Position numbers and translations under genes: made by a program. A stretch of 63,101 nt of DNA, counting the filler, from Reticulomyxa filosa (Eukaryota > Protista > Foraminifera), in NCBI GenBank assembly GCA_000512085.1. It is 19 parts of 19 records of this genome, joined end to end, with 100 filler letters (N's around TTAATTAATTAA, not from the genome) between each part and the next. Parts side by side here need not be neighbours in the genome. Positions count along the whole stretch, not along the records: positions 25,187 to 28,463 come from ASPP01006177.1; positions 28,564 to 31,152 come from ASPP01020336.1; positions 31,253 to 34,781 come from ASPP01011939.1; positions 34,882 to 36,982 come from ASPP01000282.1; positions 37,083 to 43,728 come from ASPP01047993.1; 14 more parts are not named here. One strand, given 5' to 3'. The stretch's first letter is position 1. Each line of letters opens with the position of its first letter. Shown here piece after piece: positions 26,653 to 39,559 of the stretch. The notes beneath the pieces are model-generated. The model was not told where the DNA came from. It saw only the letters and a list, made by a program, of their open reading frames with translations, and did not search any database.

Positions 26653-27988
26653 TTAGTGAAAATGAACATACTTGAAAGTTGGTAAAAAAAAAGGCGTTGA
26701 TAAACAAAGTTCGAAAAAGAGGAAAAAAAACTCAACGTCCAAAGGTCCGTCGTCAGGCAAGTCAGTACAATGGACAGCATTTTGAATAAAATCGATACCA
26801 AATTTACTTCGAATGGTATCTGGTCGAAGGAATTTGGCGATAGGAGGGTCAAAAGGTCCGACTAGTTCACGTAACTGCTGAACGTTGGGTACGTTGATAT
26901 CGTTTCCGTTGTTTTGATCATCCAAGCGCTTGCCATGAATTTCCACAACAACAATGGGTCCACTGACCATGTGGCTAACAATCTGTTTATATTCTTTGAG
27001 GACGCCCTCGTAGGCGCTCATGAAATCAAGCATTTGTTCTTGGGTCAAATGAAACAACTGCAAAGCAGTGATGACAAAGCCTTCTTGGGCGATAATAGAC
27101 AACACTTGTCCACATTTTCCGTCACGGACTAAGTGAGGTTTGATTACGACAATACTGCTGTCGTCATCCACTTGAGCATTTGTCTTTGCTGTGCTAAATA
27201 CAAGAGGATGAATCACTGAGGTTTGCTCAACCTCGCTCACCCAAATAATATCTGTTCCCTCGTTCCCGTCTTTTTCTTTTTGAACTTTCCATTTTTGAGT
27301 TTGAAGTTTAACGTTTTCCCCCATCATTTCGCACGCAACTAGTTGCACACTCTTGCGTTCCGTGTTGCTTATACTGTATAATTCATTTTCAAATAATTAC
27401 AAAAAAAACTAATATTCGTATGTATTTTTATGTGAAAAAAAAAATTATTTGAATAAAACATTACCTTGTTTTTAAAGTGTCTTTGAGCGTTATTGTTTCC
27501 TTTTCATCGAGAACACAACTGCGAAGCTGCTTTATGTGTGCGTAAACATCTTGCAAATACGCGATTATGTTGGAGAGCGCGTTTTCACCAAAAAACAAAA
27601 CGGTAACGCTATTGGAAACAGGAGAAAAAGAATAAAAACAGCATAAGTCGGTAATATTCGTTTATTTTTGTGTTGGGTTTTGTTTTAAAAAGAATTACCT
27701 TTGCTGTTTTTGCGACAGCACTCTCTCTGTGAATTTGTCGTGAAAACTAAGTATTTTCAAAGGGCGTGCAAGCACCACAATGGTGTTGCCAACGGTTAAA
27801 TCACTGACATGAAGTTTGGAATCCAGTCTAGTCTTTTTGAGAAACAAGCGACGCTTAGGGAACTCATACATTGCCACACATTCGATGGCTTGCCAATACA
27901 TGAGTAAATACTGGTTTTTTGTTTCCATTATCTTGTCATACCATTCGCAAACGAGTGTATAGCATTCTTCTGGGTCAACACTGGACAT
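26653..27988 (-). CDS. NME7: Nucleoside diphosphate kinase 7 (DM10 + degenerate NDK-A + NDK-B), 3 exons
   Basis: DM10 reads CEWYDKIMETKNQYLLMYW...MYEFPKRRLFLKKT...VGNTIVVLARPLKI. NDK-B reads VIKPHLV...RELVGPFDPPIAKFLRPDTIRSKFG...QNAVHCTDLPDDGPLDVEFFF. Confidence 0.92.
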
Positions 27989-28563
27989 TCGGAATTTGTA
28001 TATGTTTGATCCACCAACAAAACCAATGCAATTTCGTTTTTTGTTTTTTTTTTTTTGAAGAGACGTAAATTGACGTCAACAGCCAAATAGATGATGATAA
28101 ACCCCAAAAAAACATTTGCATAAATGGCGAGGAAGGAAACAAAGGAAAAAGAAGAGGAGGGGAGGGTGAAAAAAACAGAGCCATCCTTGAAGAAATATAA
28201 AAAAATTGGAGTTTGTGTTTCCAAATTTTCATTTGTCAGCATATGACCCGTACTAATTTTTTTTCTCTTAAATTGAAGACTTGCGCGGAAATGCCATTGA
28301 AAGTAACAAATAAACAAACAAACAAACAAACAAAAAAAAGCATTGATAGCATTTAAAATTAAGAAACAAATGCTTCGTTAAAAGCAAACCACACTAAACG
28401 AATACTTTTAACCGAGGCAAAAAAAAAAAAAAAAAGTAATTAGAGAGAGAGAGAGAGGAAAGGNNNNNNNNNNNNNNNNNNNNNNNNNNNNNNNNNNNNN
28501 NNNNNNNTTAATTAATTAANNNNNNNNNNNNNNNNNNNNNNNNNNNNNNNNNNNNNNNNNNNN

Positions 28564-29767
28564 AAAAAAAAAAAAAAAAAAAACGAAACAAGAAATTCAG
28601 AATCCACTCCAGGAGTCATTTCAAAGAAATCAGTTTGGGACAAACGAAGGTCACCCAAGTTGGAATGATGCCGTGTGTACGACACAGACTCGTTGGTAAT
28701 GCTCTTAGTTCGGAACCGGTTGATCACAGTCATCCCTGCTCCTTCTTGTCCGCTCTTCATTTGTTTTGCCCCTCGAACCACAAAACAAAACACCACTTGA
28801 TTGTATATGTTGCTTGTTTTGTTTTTTTTTACATGTCCCTTTCTAGAGGCTCCTCTCTTTTTTTTCTTTTAAATTTATTTTAAAAATACACATACATATA
28901 CATATTATATGCATATACATATATATATATATACATATATGTATATGTATGTGTGTGGACTGCAATAAATGTTGTAGGTAAAAGAACCTCGCCGTCTGTT
29001 GGGTGATACATTTCAATGGACTTGCGTTTCAATCTTTCAAGTTGAAGCTGCATTTGCTCATTTTCAACTTGCATGCTCACCAAGTGTCTCAATTGTTCCA
29101 TCACTCTTCCATTGTCATCTTCTAATCCTTGTGTCCGTTCATTCAACATCGCGTGTTCTTCCTTCAGTCGTTCGTAGTCTTTGGACATTTCTTCATGAAT
29201 CTTTTGTAGTTTTTTTTTTTTTTTTAATTTGTCATTATCTTTTTTTTTTTTTTTTAAAAAAAGGGGTTTCAAAAAAAAAAAAACAAACTTAACGAGAAAC
29301 AACTCTTCGTACTTTTGTTGCCACGACGATTGCTCTTCTTTTTCGCTATGTAATGACTCTTGGTCATGATCCTCTTGTTGCTTTGCTCTCTTCTCCCCCT
29401 CTTGTTTTTGCTCCTCTTCATTTTCGTTGGCGTGATCCAAGTCTTCATCGTTTGTGCTTTCGATTATTTGCAGTCGAAATTTCATCGTTTCCAGTTCGTC
29501 TGTCAACTGTCTTTCCTTTTCCTTGTGTTGGCTGATATCGTTCTCTGCTGATGTTACTTCCATCATCAAGTATCCCTCACGGCTCTTTAGTCGCTCGTTA
29601 TCTGCTTCCAATGTCTCGATTTTGTATAATAGGCTTTCCTTCTCTTGCTTTGTTGTCTCCAACAACAGCTTCAATTGTTCGTACTCGGACTCTGTTCTCT
29701 CTGTCCAATCATCATCTTTCTCATTCGTTGTTTCTGTGGCTGAGGTTTCGACTGAAGTTTGATCCAT
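28564..29767 (-). CDS. Coiled-coil protein, 3'-partial, multi-exon
   Basis: Long E/K/Q/L-rich heptad ORF from ATG 29767, interrupted by intron-like T/A runs. Confidence 0.65.
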
Positions 29768-30133
29768 TTTCTTTTTTAATTTATTTTACTATTTCGAAAT
29801 TTTAAAGGGTGGCGTGTATGATTTTTATTTTGATAGTCGCACGAATGATAAGGGAAATTTTTCAATTTTTTTTTAGGGAAAAAAAAAGACAGCAGCGTCG
29901 GCCTTTGTTCAGTTTGCAACATGTCACAAAAAACTTCTCCAATCAGTACAACGAAATTTACGACAGCCAATTCCATTAAAAAAAAAAAAAATGCACGAGT
30001 GTACAATTGTTTATTTTAACAAACAAAATCAAAAGGAAAAAAATTAACATATCCAAACATCCTAATTTGGGTGATAGTGAAATTTTGTCGCTATCGATGA
30101 TTACTGTTCACCTATTTCATTTACCACGTTTAT

Positions 30134-31060
30134 TTAATTCCAGTTCAGATCGCTAAATGGATCGTTGTCAGGGTTTTGATACGTGGCTGGGACGGGGCCA
30201 GTAGTATTAGCATAAGGATTGGATTGATTGGTTCCCAAGCCATTGAAAGGGTCGTTGGATGTTGGGTACGTTTGGATTGGATTGGTCGTGGCTCCAAACG
30301 TCGAATTTGATTGGTTAGGATTGCCTATTAATCATTGACCGTTTTTGCCATGGTGATATGAACAACAAAAGCAAAGGTAGATTTTTTTAAAAAAAAAAAA
30401 ATTCAAACTCACCTCTAGTTGGTTGGGCAAATGGATTGGAATATGCCAAGAACGGATCAACGGGTGTTACTTGCTGCACTGTAGCTCCGGTGGTAAATAG
30501 TTGTCCGGTCGAGAACGGATCAACGGACGTTGCTTGTTGTCCGGTCAAACCAGAGTTGATGGTTTGTAAGAAGTTGTTGTCGAATGTGCCTGTTGTTATC
30601 CAAATAAACAACAAAGCAAAAAGGTTATGTACCCGTAACAACAACAAAATGTGTTTGTTTGATAGGGAACATCCAAACAAGCAAAACAAACCTAATTCGT
30701 TGGATTGCATTTGAGACATTGTTTGTCCACCTTTGTTCACTTTCTTTTGTGGTTTTTCAATGGGTTGTAAAGGATCGTCGACTTGGGTAAGTTGCGTCAT
30801 CCACGTGTCCGACTTGATATTGACAAGTCAAACACAAAACATACTTTCTGTTGTATACACATGTATATATACATATATATATATGTATATATACATACAT
30901 TGTCTGTGTTCTCTTCTTTTTTTGTTTCTTTTTGTGGCGCATTGTCATTGAAAAATGAGTCTGTATCGTCAAACGCTCCAAATTCAAATTGCCCTCCATC
31001 TTCACTGGCACCATTTTCAAATTGTTTCTTGTCTACTGCAAAGTCATTCAGCCAGTCGTC
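30134..31060 (-). CDS. Disordered C-terminal tail of an endocytic adaptor-like protein (DPF/NPF motifs), 5'-partial, 4 exons
   Basis: Spliced product contains VDPF twice, SNPF and NDPF twice, and ends DPFSDLNWN* at 30134. DPF binds AP-2 and NPF binds EH domains. Confidence 0.6.
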
Positions 31061-31252
31061 TTTAATTAAACACACATACCATAAACATAGAAATATGCAT
31101 ATATGTATATTTATATATACATGTGTATATGTATGTATATGCTATTGAAAAANNNNNNNNNNNNNNNNNNNNNNNNNNNNNNNNNNNNNNNNNNNNTTAA
31201 TTAATTAANNNNNNNNNNNNNNNNNNNNNNNNNNNNNNNNNNNNNNNNNNNN

Positions 31253-31285
<33 letters not shown>

Positions 31286-31309
31286 TGAAAAGAGAATCAT
31301 AAGAATAAA

Positions 31310-34300
31310 GCCATACATGAACACGAGTGGCTTTGATCAACACCAAGTCGACCAAGTGCGTAATGTCTTCGATGCGAAAGCCTATCATTTGCATTCCGGT
31401 GATATATAACTGAAATGTGTCCAGCATCAGTTGCAATGGCTGTTTGCAGCAATGTGACAGCCATGATTTCAAATGTCGTACAATCCATCGCATTATTTCC
31501 CGAGACAATGGTGCTATTTTTTCATCCTTAAAACAGATATACACACATACATACATAGTTGTGGCCTTTATAAACAAATTTTGTAACAAGATACTAATTT
31601 GCTTACCCTGTTTTCTTTGCCGATTTCATACACATTAAGCCACGCAGTCAATAACACATGAATAGCTTGTTGTGCCGGCAATTCGGGCTCTTCGGTCGAC
31701 GATTTATGTGTTCCCGTGCTCTCTGAATGTTTTTGTCTTTTGCGACGGAATCGAAACAATTCCAGCACTTTGTTCCCACGAGAAAAAGACGGGGACAACT
31801 TTTTCGTGTTTGTGCCGTTGTCTGCGTCTTTGTTGATGATATCGACTTCCTTTGTCGAATTCGATTGATTCTTTTCCTCTTTCCAAAGCACAACACCAAG
31901 ACAGGACATACTTTTAAAAAAAAAAAAAAAATATATATATTGAAAATATATATTATTGAATACCCCCAACATCAGCCTTGCTATTCAAGGAGCGACCATA
32001 GACAACGGTGGTTTCCAAGTATTTGAATGGCAATGTGCACTCTTCTTGCAACAGCTGAAACGGGTGTAACGGCGCGATGGAGCGCTGCAAAATGAAATTG
32101 GTGATGATTCTGGTCACAAACATCCATGGGACACTTTTGTCTATTCCCACAGACTCACAGAAGGGCTCTAGACACATGACCAAGGCTTGCCAATCGCCAC
32201 AAAGTTTAACGTCGTTTGCATATGATTCACTTGTCTTGGTGCGCTCCTCTTTCTCTTTAGCTTCGGCCACGTCTGTTTCATCACCGGCCTTCTTCGTCGT
32301 CGTCGTCGTCGTTTGTTAACAGTAAGCTGTGGACCAAATTCCACAGCACATGTGCATACACTTCCTGCGGGATATTGATGTGATAATCTGGGACATACAA
32401 TCGATGCTGGGCCATGTGATGATATTTGTCATGGCTGGTCTTGTCCGTGGACAGCGGTGAACTTGGTTCAGAGTCATGGACTTCAGCTTCGATCTTTTTC
32501 TCTTCATCGGAAAGGGAGGATCTCCTTTCCTCCACCTCGACTACCGTCGAAAGCATAATCGATTCTGGGATCTTTGTTTTACGTAATTCATTGATTTGTC
32601 GACACAACTGCTCCACATGGCGAACAAAAAATTGCAAATACTTGTTGTAATTAGGAAGCTTTTCTTATTTTTGTCATTTATCATTATCATTTTTTTTTTT
32701 TGAGGTCTTTGTAATTTCGAAACAATTTTTTTTTTTGTAAAACTTGCTTGGATTATGTGCAGCCCATGCCAACAACTTGGCACATTGGTCATTTAAATAA
32801 GGAATGACCTCTTCATATTTCATTCCATGTTTGTCAGTCAGTCTCCACACAATATCCAATGTCAAAATTGCCGAGATTTGCGATATTGGCTTTTTGTTTG
32901 CGACTTTATCAGCAGAGTTAGCATCATCACCATCGGTATCATTTTTGGCATTATCATTATCATTATTATCATTAGCATCAATATCATCATTATCATCATC
33001 CTCATCTTCTTCTTCTTCTTCTTCTTCTTCTTCTTTGAGTCCTGTCAATTTCTGCACATCGACATTATCATTTTTAACTTGCAAGGATTGACGGCAATGA
33101 TACATATGCCATGCGAGCGACGCCATAATGATAGTGACTTGGCGATGCAACCAAGAGTAATACTCTTGATCGCTTTCAAAATGCTGCGAGTGCTTGGTTT
33201 TAATGAGCCAAATGTAGTAATGCAACGTAGTCAATTGCTGATATCGCGAGTGATATTTGGCGTTGTCATTTGGATAGGCCATTCCAGATATGCATTGCTG
33301 TGTATGCAGAAGAGCAGAACAAAGAGAGGGAGAGAGAGGGTAGTTTGTCATAGTTCATTGGGAAAGGGAGGGGTTGAACATAGCAAATACAAATACAAAA
33401 CCTGGACATTTCGTGAGGTGATATTAAGTCGTATCGAAAGATCGCTTTTCCAAACATGCCACACTTGGGCCAATGGCGCCCCCGACATTTTGGCCAAATC
33501 GTCATCTTTGCTGCTCTCTGCAAAGAATTTGGACGCCAAGACCAGAATTTCGAAATACACACGCGTCCAATCGCGCGCAGGTAAGTCGAAAGCGTCGACG
33601 TTTCTGATAATCACGTCGGGCGGAAACAACTGATCAATGGCTAGAGACAAAGTATCCGAATTGGAGAACAGCTTTTCCAATTGACCGTTTAGTTCATTGT
33701 ATTGGATGTCCAATGCTGTTTCTTCCAACAAATGTTCGGTTTGGACATTTGCACTTGGACCCAATTGAACACTTTCTCGATGATTTTTTTCCGGCATCAT
33801 TTCATAATCATCCGGGGACATCATTTGGATGGCGGTCGTGGGTTCGTTGTTGACACCGTCGTCTTTGTGTGTTTCAATAAAAAAAAAAAAAAAATGCACC
33901 ATCATATGTATGCACAATGTAGACCATATATAATCAATGTGCATTACATTCAAAGAGACTTGTCGTTGGAAATAATGAACCTGATTTTTGCGCAAAAGTT
34001 AAGGGAGTGTCTTTGGCGATATTGCCTTTGGGAAACTTGGCAGTTCCATTGGAAGGCTGTGGATTCAATTGTGGAAACGCCTTGAGCCAATACTGTTTCA
34101 ACAAGTCACAGTCTTTGAGTGTGGGAATGGGCAATGGCTTTGGTTTCATAAACAGCGCAGCTGACATTTCCGTGTCCAAGCTTCCAGCGCTTTCCTCGTC
34201 GTCATTCACATATGATGGCAAGTGATCCAACGAGTCTGGCGCCTCTGACGTGCTCATCCTGGTATCGCTCGTGTCCATGCTGTAATTCCGAGAGTGTACA

Positions 34301-34781
34301 GGCTGCGGAGTGGTGGATTTCTCTTGTGCAATTCACACAACATATCATAAGACGACATGTCCCTTTTTTTTTGTACTCATTTGTTGTCGTGTCATTGCAA
34401 GGCAAAGGATAAGAGAGAAAGAAAAGAGCAGAACTCAAGTGTAGTTTGGGGACCAGCATCGATCCCAAGCTTCGTCTTTTTCGTGAATTTTCTTCTGCAT
34501 CAGTTGACGTAGTCATAAGTACAGGCGGTGCAGAAACATTTGAGCCGTCCTGACGTTGCTGTCGACGAGCATCCGCTGTCCATTTTTTTTTTAGTTTTGT
34601 TTTTGTTTTTTTTTAAGTTTTGTTAAGCTTCCCCCCCCCTTCCTCATTTTTGGTTCTATCTTCCCAACCGCTAAGCCATTCGGTCTGCTCGTTATCATTA
34701 GTAATGTTTGCCACAAAGTCCAACATGTCTTGCACAGCGTCCATACTGGCGGCCTTGTAAATCGATCTGCGGTATGTCACA
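31310..34781 (-). CDS. PATROL1/DUF810 (Munc13-like) family protein, partial, multi-exon
   Basis: Colinear resemblance to recalled plant DUF810 segments: RVYFEILVLA~RETAFEILLA, SQHFESDQEYYSWLHRQVTIIMASL~TEFSDKKAYLRWQKRQLNMLAEGL, PDYHINIPQEVYAHVL~DGYHLNVRLYEKLL, LEPFCESVGIDKSV~LKSTWRVLGITETI. Confidence 0.55.
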
Positions 34782-34979
34782 NNNNNNNNNNNNNNNNNNN
34801 NNNNNNNNNNNNNNNNNNNNNNNNNTTAATTAATTAANNNNNNNNNNNNNNNNNNNNNNNNNNNNNNNNNNNNNNNNNNNNTCAATTTCACACGTGTGAT
34901 CAAATATAATTTTTAAAATAAGACCAATTATTGCCTAAGTGAAGGGCTTTCTATTTATACATATTTGTTATTTTTTTTT

Positions 34980-36960
34980 TGGAGATAAAGACAGAATTTG
35001 TCAGATCATAGTGTCAAATTTATATTAAGCATTGCTTACAGATTATCAATAGATCTGCGCTAATTATTGCAGAATTCAGAACATCTTTAACTTTTAATGG
35101 TATATCTTTCTCTTTGATTTTGGATAAACATATGCATACCTTGTTTTGTTATTGATTCGAAGTCAAGAAAAATATAACTACATCATATATCAACTTATTT
35201 TATGCTTTATTGGGTGCTTTTGGTAATAATACGTTTTGAGAGAAAGTAATGTTACTTAAATGAGATTGACAAATGAATGATTGTAATACAAAGATTTGTC
35301 ATCAGATTGAACATGAAGAGACAATAAATTTGCTGAATTTTCTTTCAAATATTACAACAACTATTGATCACTTTGTTTTACATTTTTGCATACTATCGAC
35401 GAAATCTAATAATGCCCAAGTCTTTCTATCAAATCTTTTAACAGTGTGATGAAGACAGCTGGTTTTATAAACTGTATGAAATTATCTTTATTCTCTTTTT
35501 TTTTTATGTATGTGTAATCTTTTCAAATGCACATATATGTTATAAGTAAAAGTAAATTACATTTTATTGTTTTGAAATGTTGATAATATTTATCACAACT
35601 ATGTTCCCATTGATGAATCGATCATTTCACAAATTGATCAAAGTTTTACACATAATATATATGTATATAACAATTTGAATATATTTTTTTTGATTGAAGT
35701 GATTAAATAATAAAAATGTTCTCTTGAAAGATTTGAATTTTCAATAATGACATTTTTGATCACTTGTAAAAAATCTAATTCTTTAAATTTTTTTTACAAT
35801 AAAGAAACTTTGACAAAGTTTGTCCAATATTTGAAATCAAAGTTTCAACACACGTAGGAAAAGATAAAGATTAAACTTACATTGAATTTCCACATGTGAT
35901 TGTATACTTTTTGAAATGAGATTAATCTTTTATTTTATTTTATTTTGTTTGATGTCCCACTTGACAACGGTTATTATTTCATTAACAAAACAGAATTAAT
36001 ACCAAAAAGAATTTTATGCCTTTTTTTGATAATTAATGTGAAAATTCAATTTTTAACATAAATTTTTGTAGCAAATAACTGCAGATATTTAAATATCGAT
36101 AAATATTATTATTTAAAAAATAAAGAAAATATTATAAAAAGTGTAATTCATGTGATTGGATCCGGAGGTATAATTAAATTTAAAAATTAAGATTATTTCA
36201 TAAAAATACATCCAATTATAGTCCAAGTCAAGGGCATTTCATTTACATAATAATTATTTTTTTAAATATATTTGATAATTGATTGTCATATAAATTAATC
36301 GAATATTTATACTATTTGTTTTTACATGAATAACACTTCTTTTTTTGTGCATAAATTATTTTCAAAATCATTTCCTGAAGTTGTTTGTTTTTCAAAAACG
36401 TACATGACGATTTTTCAATAAAAAACATTTTTATAAAGTAAATTTTCAATGTGCTTTTTGTTATGCAAGAACAAGGAAGACTGCAAAAAATGTTTGAAAT
36501 GTCAATCGACGCAAAATGATTTTGGAGATAAACATATCAATTGTAGTGCAATTTATCATATTGTGATATCAAATTTATATCAATTATTGCTTACATATCA
36601 TCAATAGCTTGGGAGATTTATGCTAATTATTGCAAACATTCAGAACTTCGTAAACTTTAATGATATAACTTCTCTTTAGTTTTGGATAATAAATATTTTT
36701 ATTAAATCGATAATAAAGTGTTAGAAAGGATTTCAAAAAGTTGATTCTAACAAAATAGGGATTGAAAGAAGAAAATTTATTTGGATGATGCAAAATCAAG
36801 CACTATTTAATACATTTGCTCCAGAAGCTTTCATTTTACTTGACATACATACTTTGGTTTGTTATAGATTTGGAATCAAGAAAAATATTGTCAGCTTCTT
36901 TATAATCTGTCAAATCAATAACAGTTGCTTTTGGTAATGATAAGCAAGTTTCATAAATTT
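34980..36960 (+). repeat. Two diverged direct copies of one unit (about 34980-35240 and 36520-36960) in an ORF-less AT-rich contig
   Basis: Shared colinear strings (ggagataaa, tcaaatttatat, attgcttaca, tcaatag, gctaattattgca, ttcagaac, ttttggataa, tcaagaaaaatat). The second copy has an extra ~150 bp. Confidence 0.7.
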
Positions 36961-37429
36961 TGAGAAAAGTGACGTATATAATNNNNNNNNNNNNNNNNNN
37001 NNNNNNNNNNNNNNNNNNNNNNNNNNTTAATTAATTAANNNNNNNNNNNNNNNNNNNNNNNNNNNNNNNNNNNNNNNNNNNNATGTAGCCAAAAAAAAAT
37101 TCTAACCTCCACGGTCTCAGCCTACCCACATTTTTTAAAATTTTTTTATCGAGAAATTGCAAATGAATGATTGAACCCTTTAAAAAAAAGAAAAAAAATG
37201 TTATTAAAAATGAAGAGAATTATTAGAACAAAATAACCATTCGTTTAAAAGTTTTTGTGTCAAATCATGTTTCAATTATTTTGTTCTATCATTTGTATTA
37301 CTGACACAACTTTTCCCAACATAATCAACGAGTTTGTGTCCATTGCAGACATTCTTCCTATAATAATAACAACACGATACAATATAAATTATTATATTAT
37401 ACATGACATCATATATATACAAGAAATTC

Positions 37430-38652
37430 TTTTTGACATACTCAATAGTCTGCACATGTTACAACTAATGTCATTTTTGGAGCAAATACAACTTCAGCTT
37501 GGTCACCGGTCTCAATGAAAGTGTTGCCATCAACTTTTGCATTGTTTGTTGCTTTTCCATTTTCCATTTGATTTCCAACATTTAATAAGGAGTTTTAGCA
37601 ATTCGAATATGAATCGATGTAGTAAATCCTCCTTTATACTTCATAGTTGCCTTTTCCATCATTAGTTGCAATTTCAATTGTCCTGGATAATCTTGAACAA
37701 ATACCAAAGCAGTAAATTTGGCTGCTTGTTAGGATATAAAGCAGGGTCATCAATGAACATCATACCACTAGTATGTGGTATATTTTTCTTTTTCAATTTT
37801 TTCACGTTTACACAGGCGTTGTCACCAACTTCGGCTTTGTCGCTGTTTTGTGGTGCATTTCAATAGAAAATGCTTTACCAGTTGCGTTCGTCGGATAAAA
37901 GTAAACAGGGGTAATTGTTCAATACGACCAGTAATCACATCACCCACTCCTTTAATGTTATAAACACCACTGACTGGCATACGGAATGGGTTTTTTGTTG
38001 GTCTTTTTGGTTGACTGACTGTTTTCTCCAAAGCATCCATCAAAGTCACACCAGTAATGGTATCTTTTTCAATTAGAACTGAAAATCCTTTCCACCATGG
38101 TATGTTTTCGCTCACTTTTGTCAAGTTTATCCTTTGAATCCACTCATTGGAATAAATGAAATTTTTTCCGTTTTGTATCCAATCTTTGTTAACATTTTCT
38201 CGACCTCCGATTTGATTTCCTCAAAGCGATCTTGAGCGTACTTCACTGAAGGATCATCCATTTTGTTCACACCAACTATCAATTGTTCAATTCCTAACAA
38301 GTGGCACAATCGAGCATGTTATCGGGTTTGTCCTTGAATTTCTCTTTTTTTTTTTGTTTTGTTTTTTTGAAGATAAAGGAAAAATATTACTCCTTTTTTT
38401 TCACACAAACATACCACTTTTTGTAGTTTCCTTTCGCAATTGAGGTTTCAAATCCATTTTTGTTTGCAGGTGCCATCAATAAAACGACATCAGCTTGCGA
38501 AGCTTCGCTCATCATGTTCTTAATCAAATCTCTTAATTTTTTTATACAAAAAATAAAATATTTTACATAATATTTATAAGTTCAAATATTTTAACAATTC
38601 TGTGGCCATGAGCATCAATGATTGTGTAATGTCAGATTGGAGTAAAGAACTC
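37430..38652 (-). pseudogene. EFL: Elongation factor-like (EFL) GTPase pseudogene, 5'-truncated, introns retained
   Basis: Reads [69 protein letters not shown] (EFL-type insertion), PFRMPVSGVYNIKGVGDVITGRIEQ, SIEMHHK and TFIETGDQAEVVFAPK, with many stops, frameshifts and deletions. Confidence 0.9.
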
Positions 38653-38855
38653 TCAGTACCAACTGTGATGACTTGGCCATCAGGCAATTCGTGGCTTTGT
38701 TCCAGTTCGCTGGAGGCGTCAGCTTTCATCAATTCATCATAATCTAAAGCAACATAGGATAATTTTTCATTAATGTTCTCACAATTTCCTTCTCGGCGAT
38801 TGCTGTGAAGAAATATCTTCTTTCCGTCAAGATTTTTCCAATTATCCAGTCTTGT
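38650..38855 (-). pseudogene. Internal actin gene fragment (about residues 186-254)
   Basis: [20 protein letters not shown], then a frameshift, then [41 protein letters not shown]. Confidence 0.9.
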
Positions 38856-39559
38856 GCTTGACGACATGATCCACACGCTTGCCAAAAAATCAATATACTA
38901 TTTTTTGACAGTTGGTTCAATCGTTAAGTTATTGTTCTTCGTTCCGTTCTGGCTTTGCTTCTTCTGTCGTTGAAACTACTTCCTAATGTCGTCATTCGCC
39001 TATTTACTTGCATGATTTGCTTCTAACGCTCTTTCTCTTTCGCTTTCTGTGAGCAAAGGCTACTGAAGCTTTATTCTTTGTTGTCAGAAAAGAAGCATTA
39101 AAAAAATCAACATAAAAAAACTTGAACAACATCCCCCCCAACCAAGACTTTTGGAAATTTTTTTTTTAGAAAAAAGTACTTTTTTTATAAAAATCAGTTC
39201 AAAAATGACCTACAAACACAAAAAATGACCTAGTTCTGGAAAATCCAAGAATGTCTCGTACTCATGTTTGCCCGTTTTTAGACAACGATGACGTATTCCA
39301 GCGAATGACTGCGGACAAGAATGTGAAGAAAGCGCGAACAGAGGAAGCAAAGAGTTTGAAGGATTGTGAGGATCAAACTGAAGTGCGACAAGGCAGCCTT
39401 GGAGAAGGGACGTCTGAAGCGCGAGAGGCAGTCCAAAAGCGATGATGAGAATGTCACACAACAAGGAGATGGACTCCCTGTCGACAAAAGGACAAAGAGG
39501 CTATTCGTAAGCAATCTTCTTCTTCCAGCGGAAGAGGATGAAGAGTGAGTGGAAGAAAT

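Noticed and set aside
32827-33633. Long antisense ORFs with poly-Ile/Phe/Leu/His (also 8157..8417, 8836..9423, 17049..17345, 3037..3273)
   Set aside because: These are shadow frames of trinucleotide and low-complexity tracts in genes on the other strand or frame.
37480-37660. Separate gene fragment downstream of EFL
   Set aside because: It translates as EFL domain III (KGGFTTSIHIR...GDQAEVVFAPK), so it belongs to the same pseudogene.
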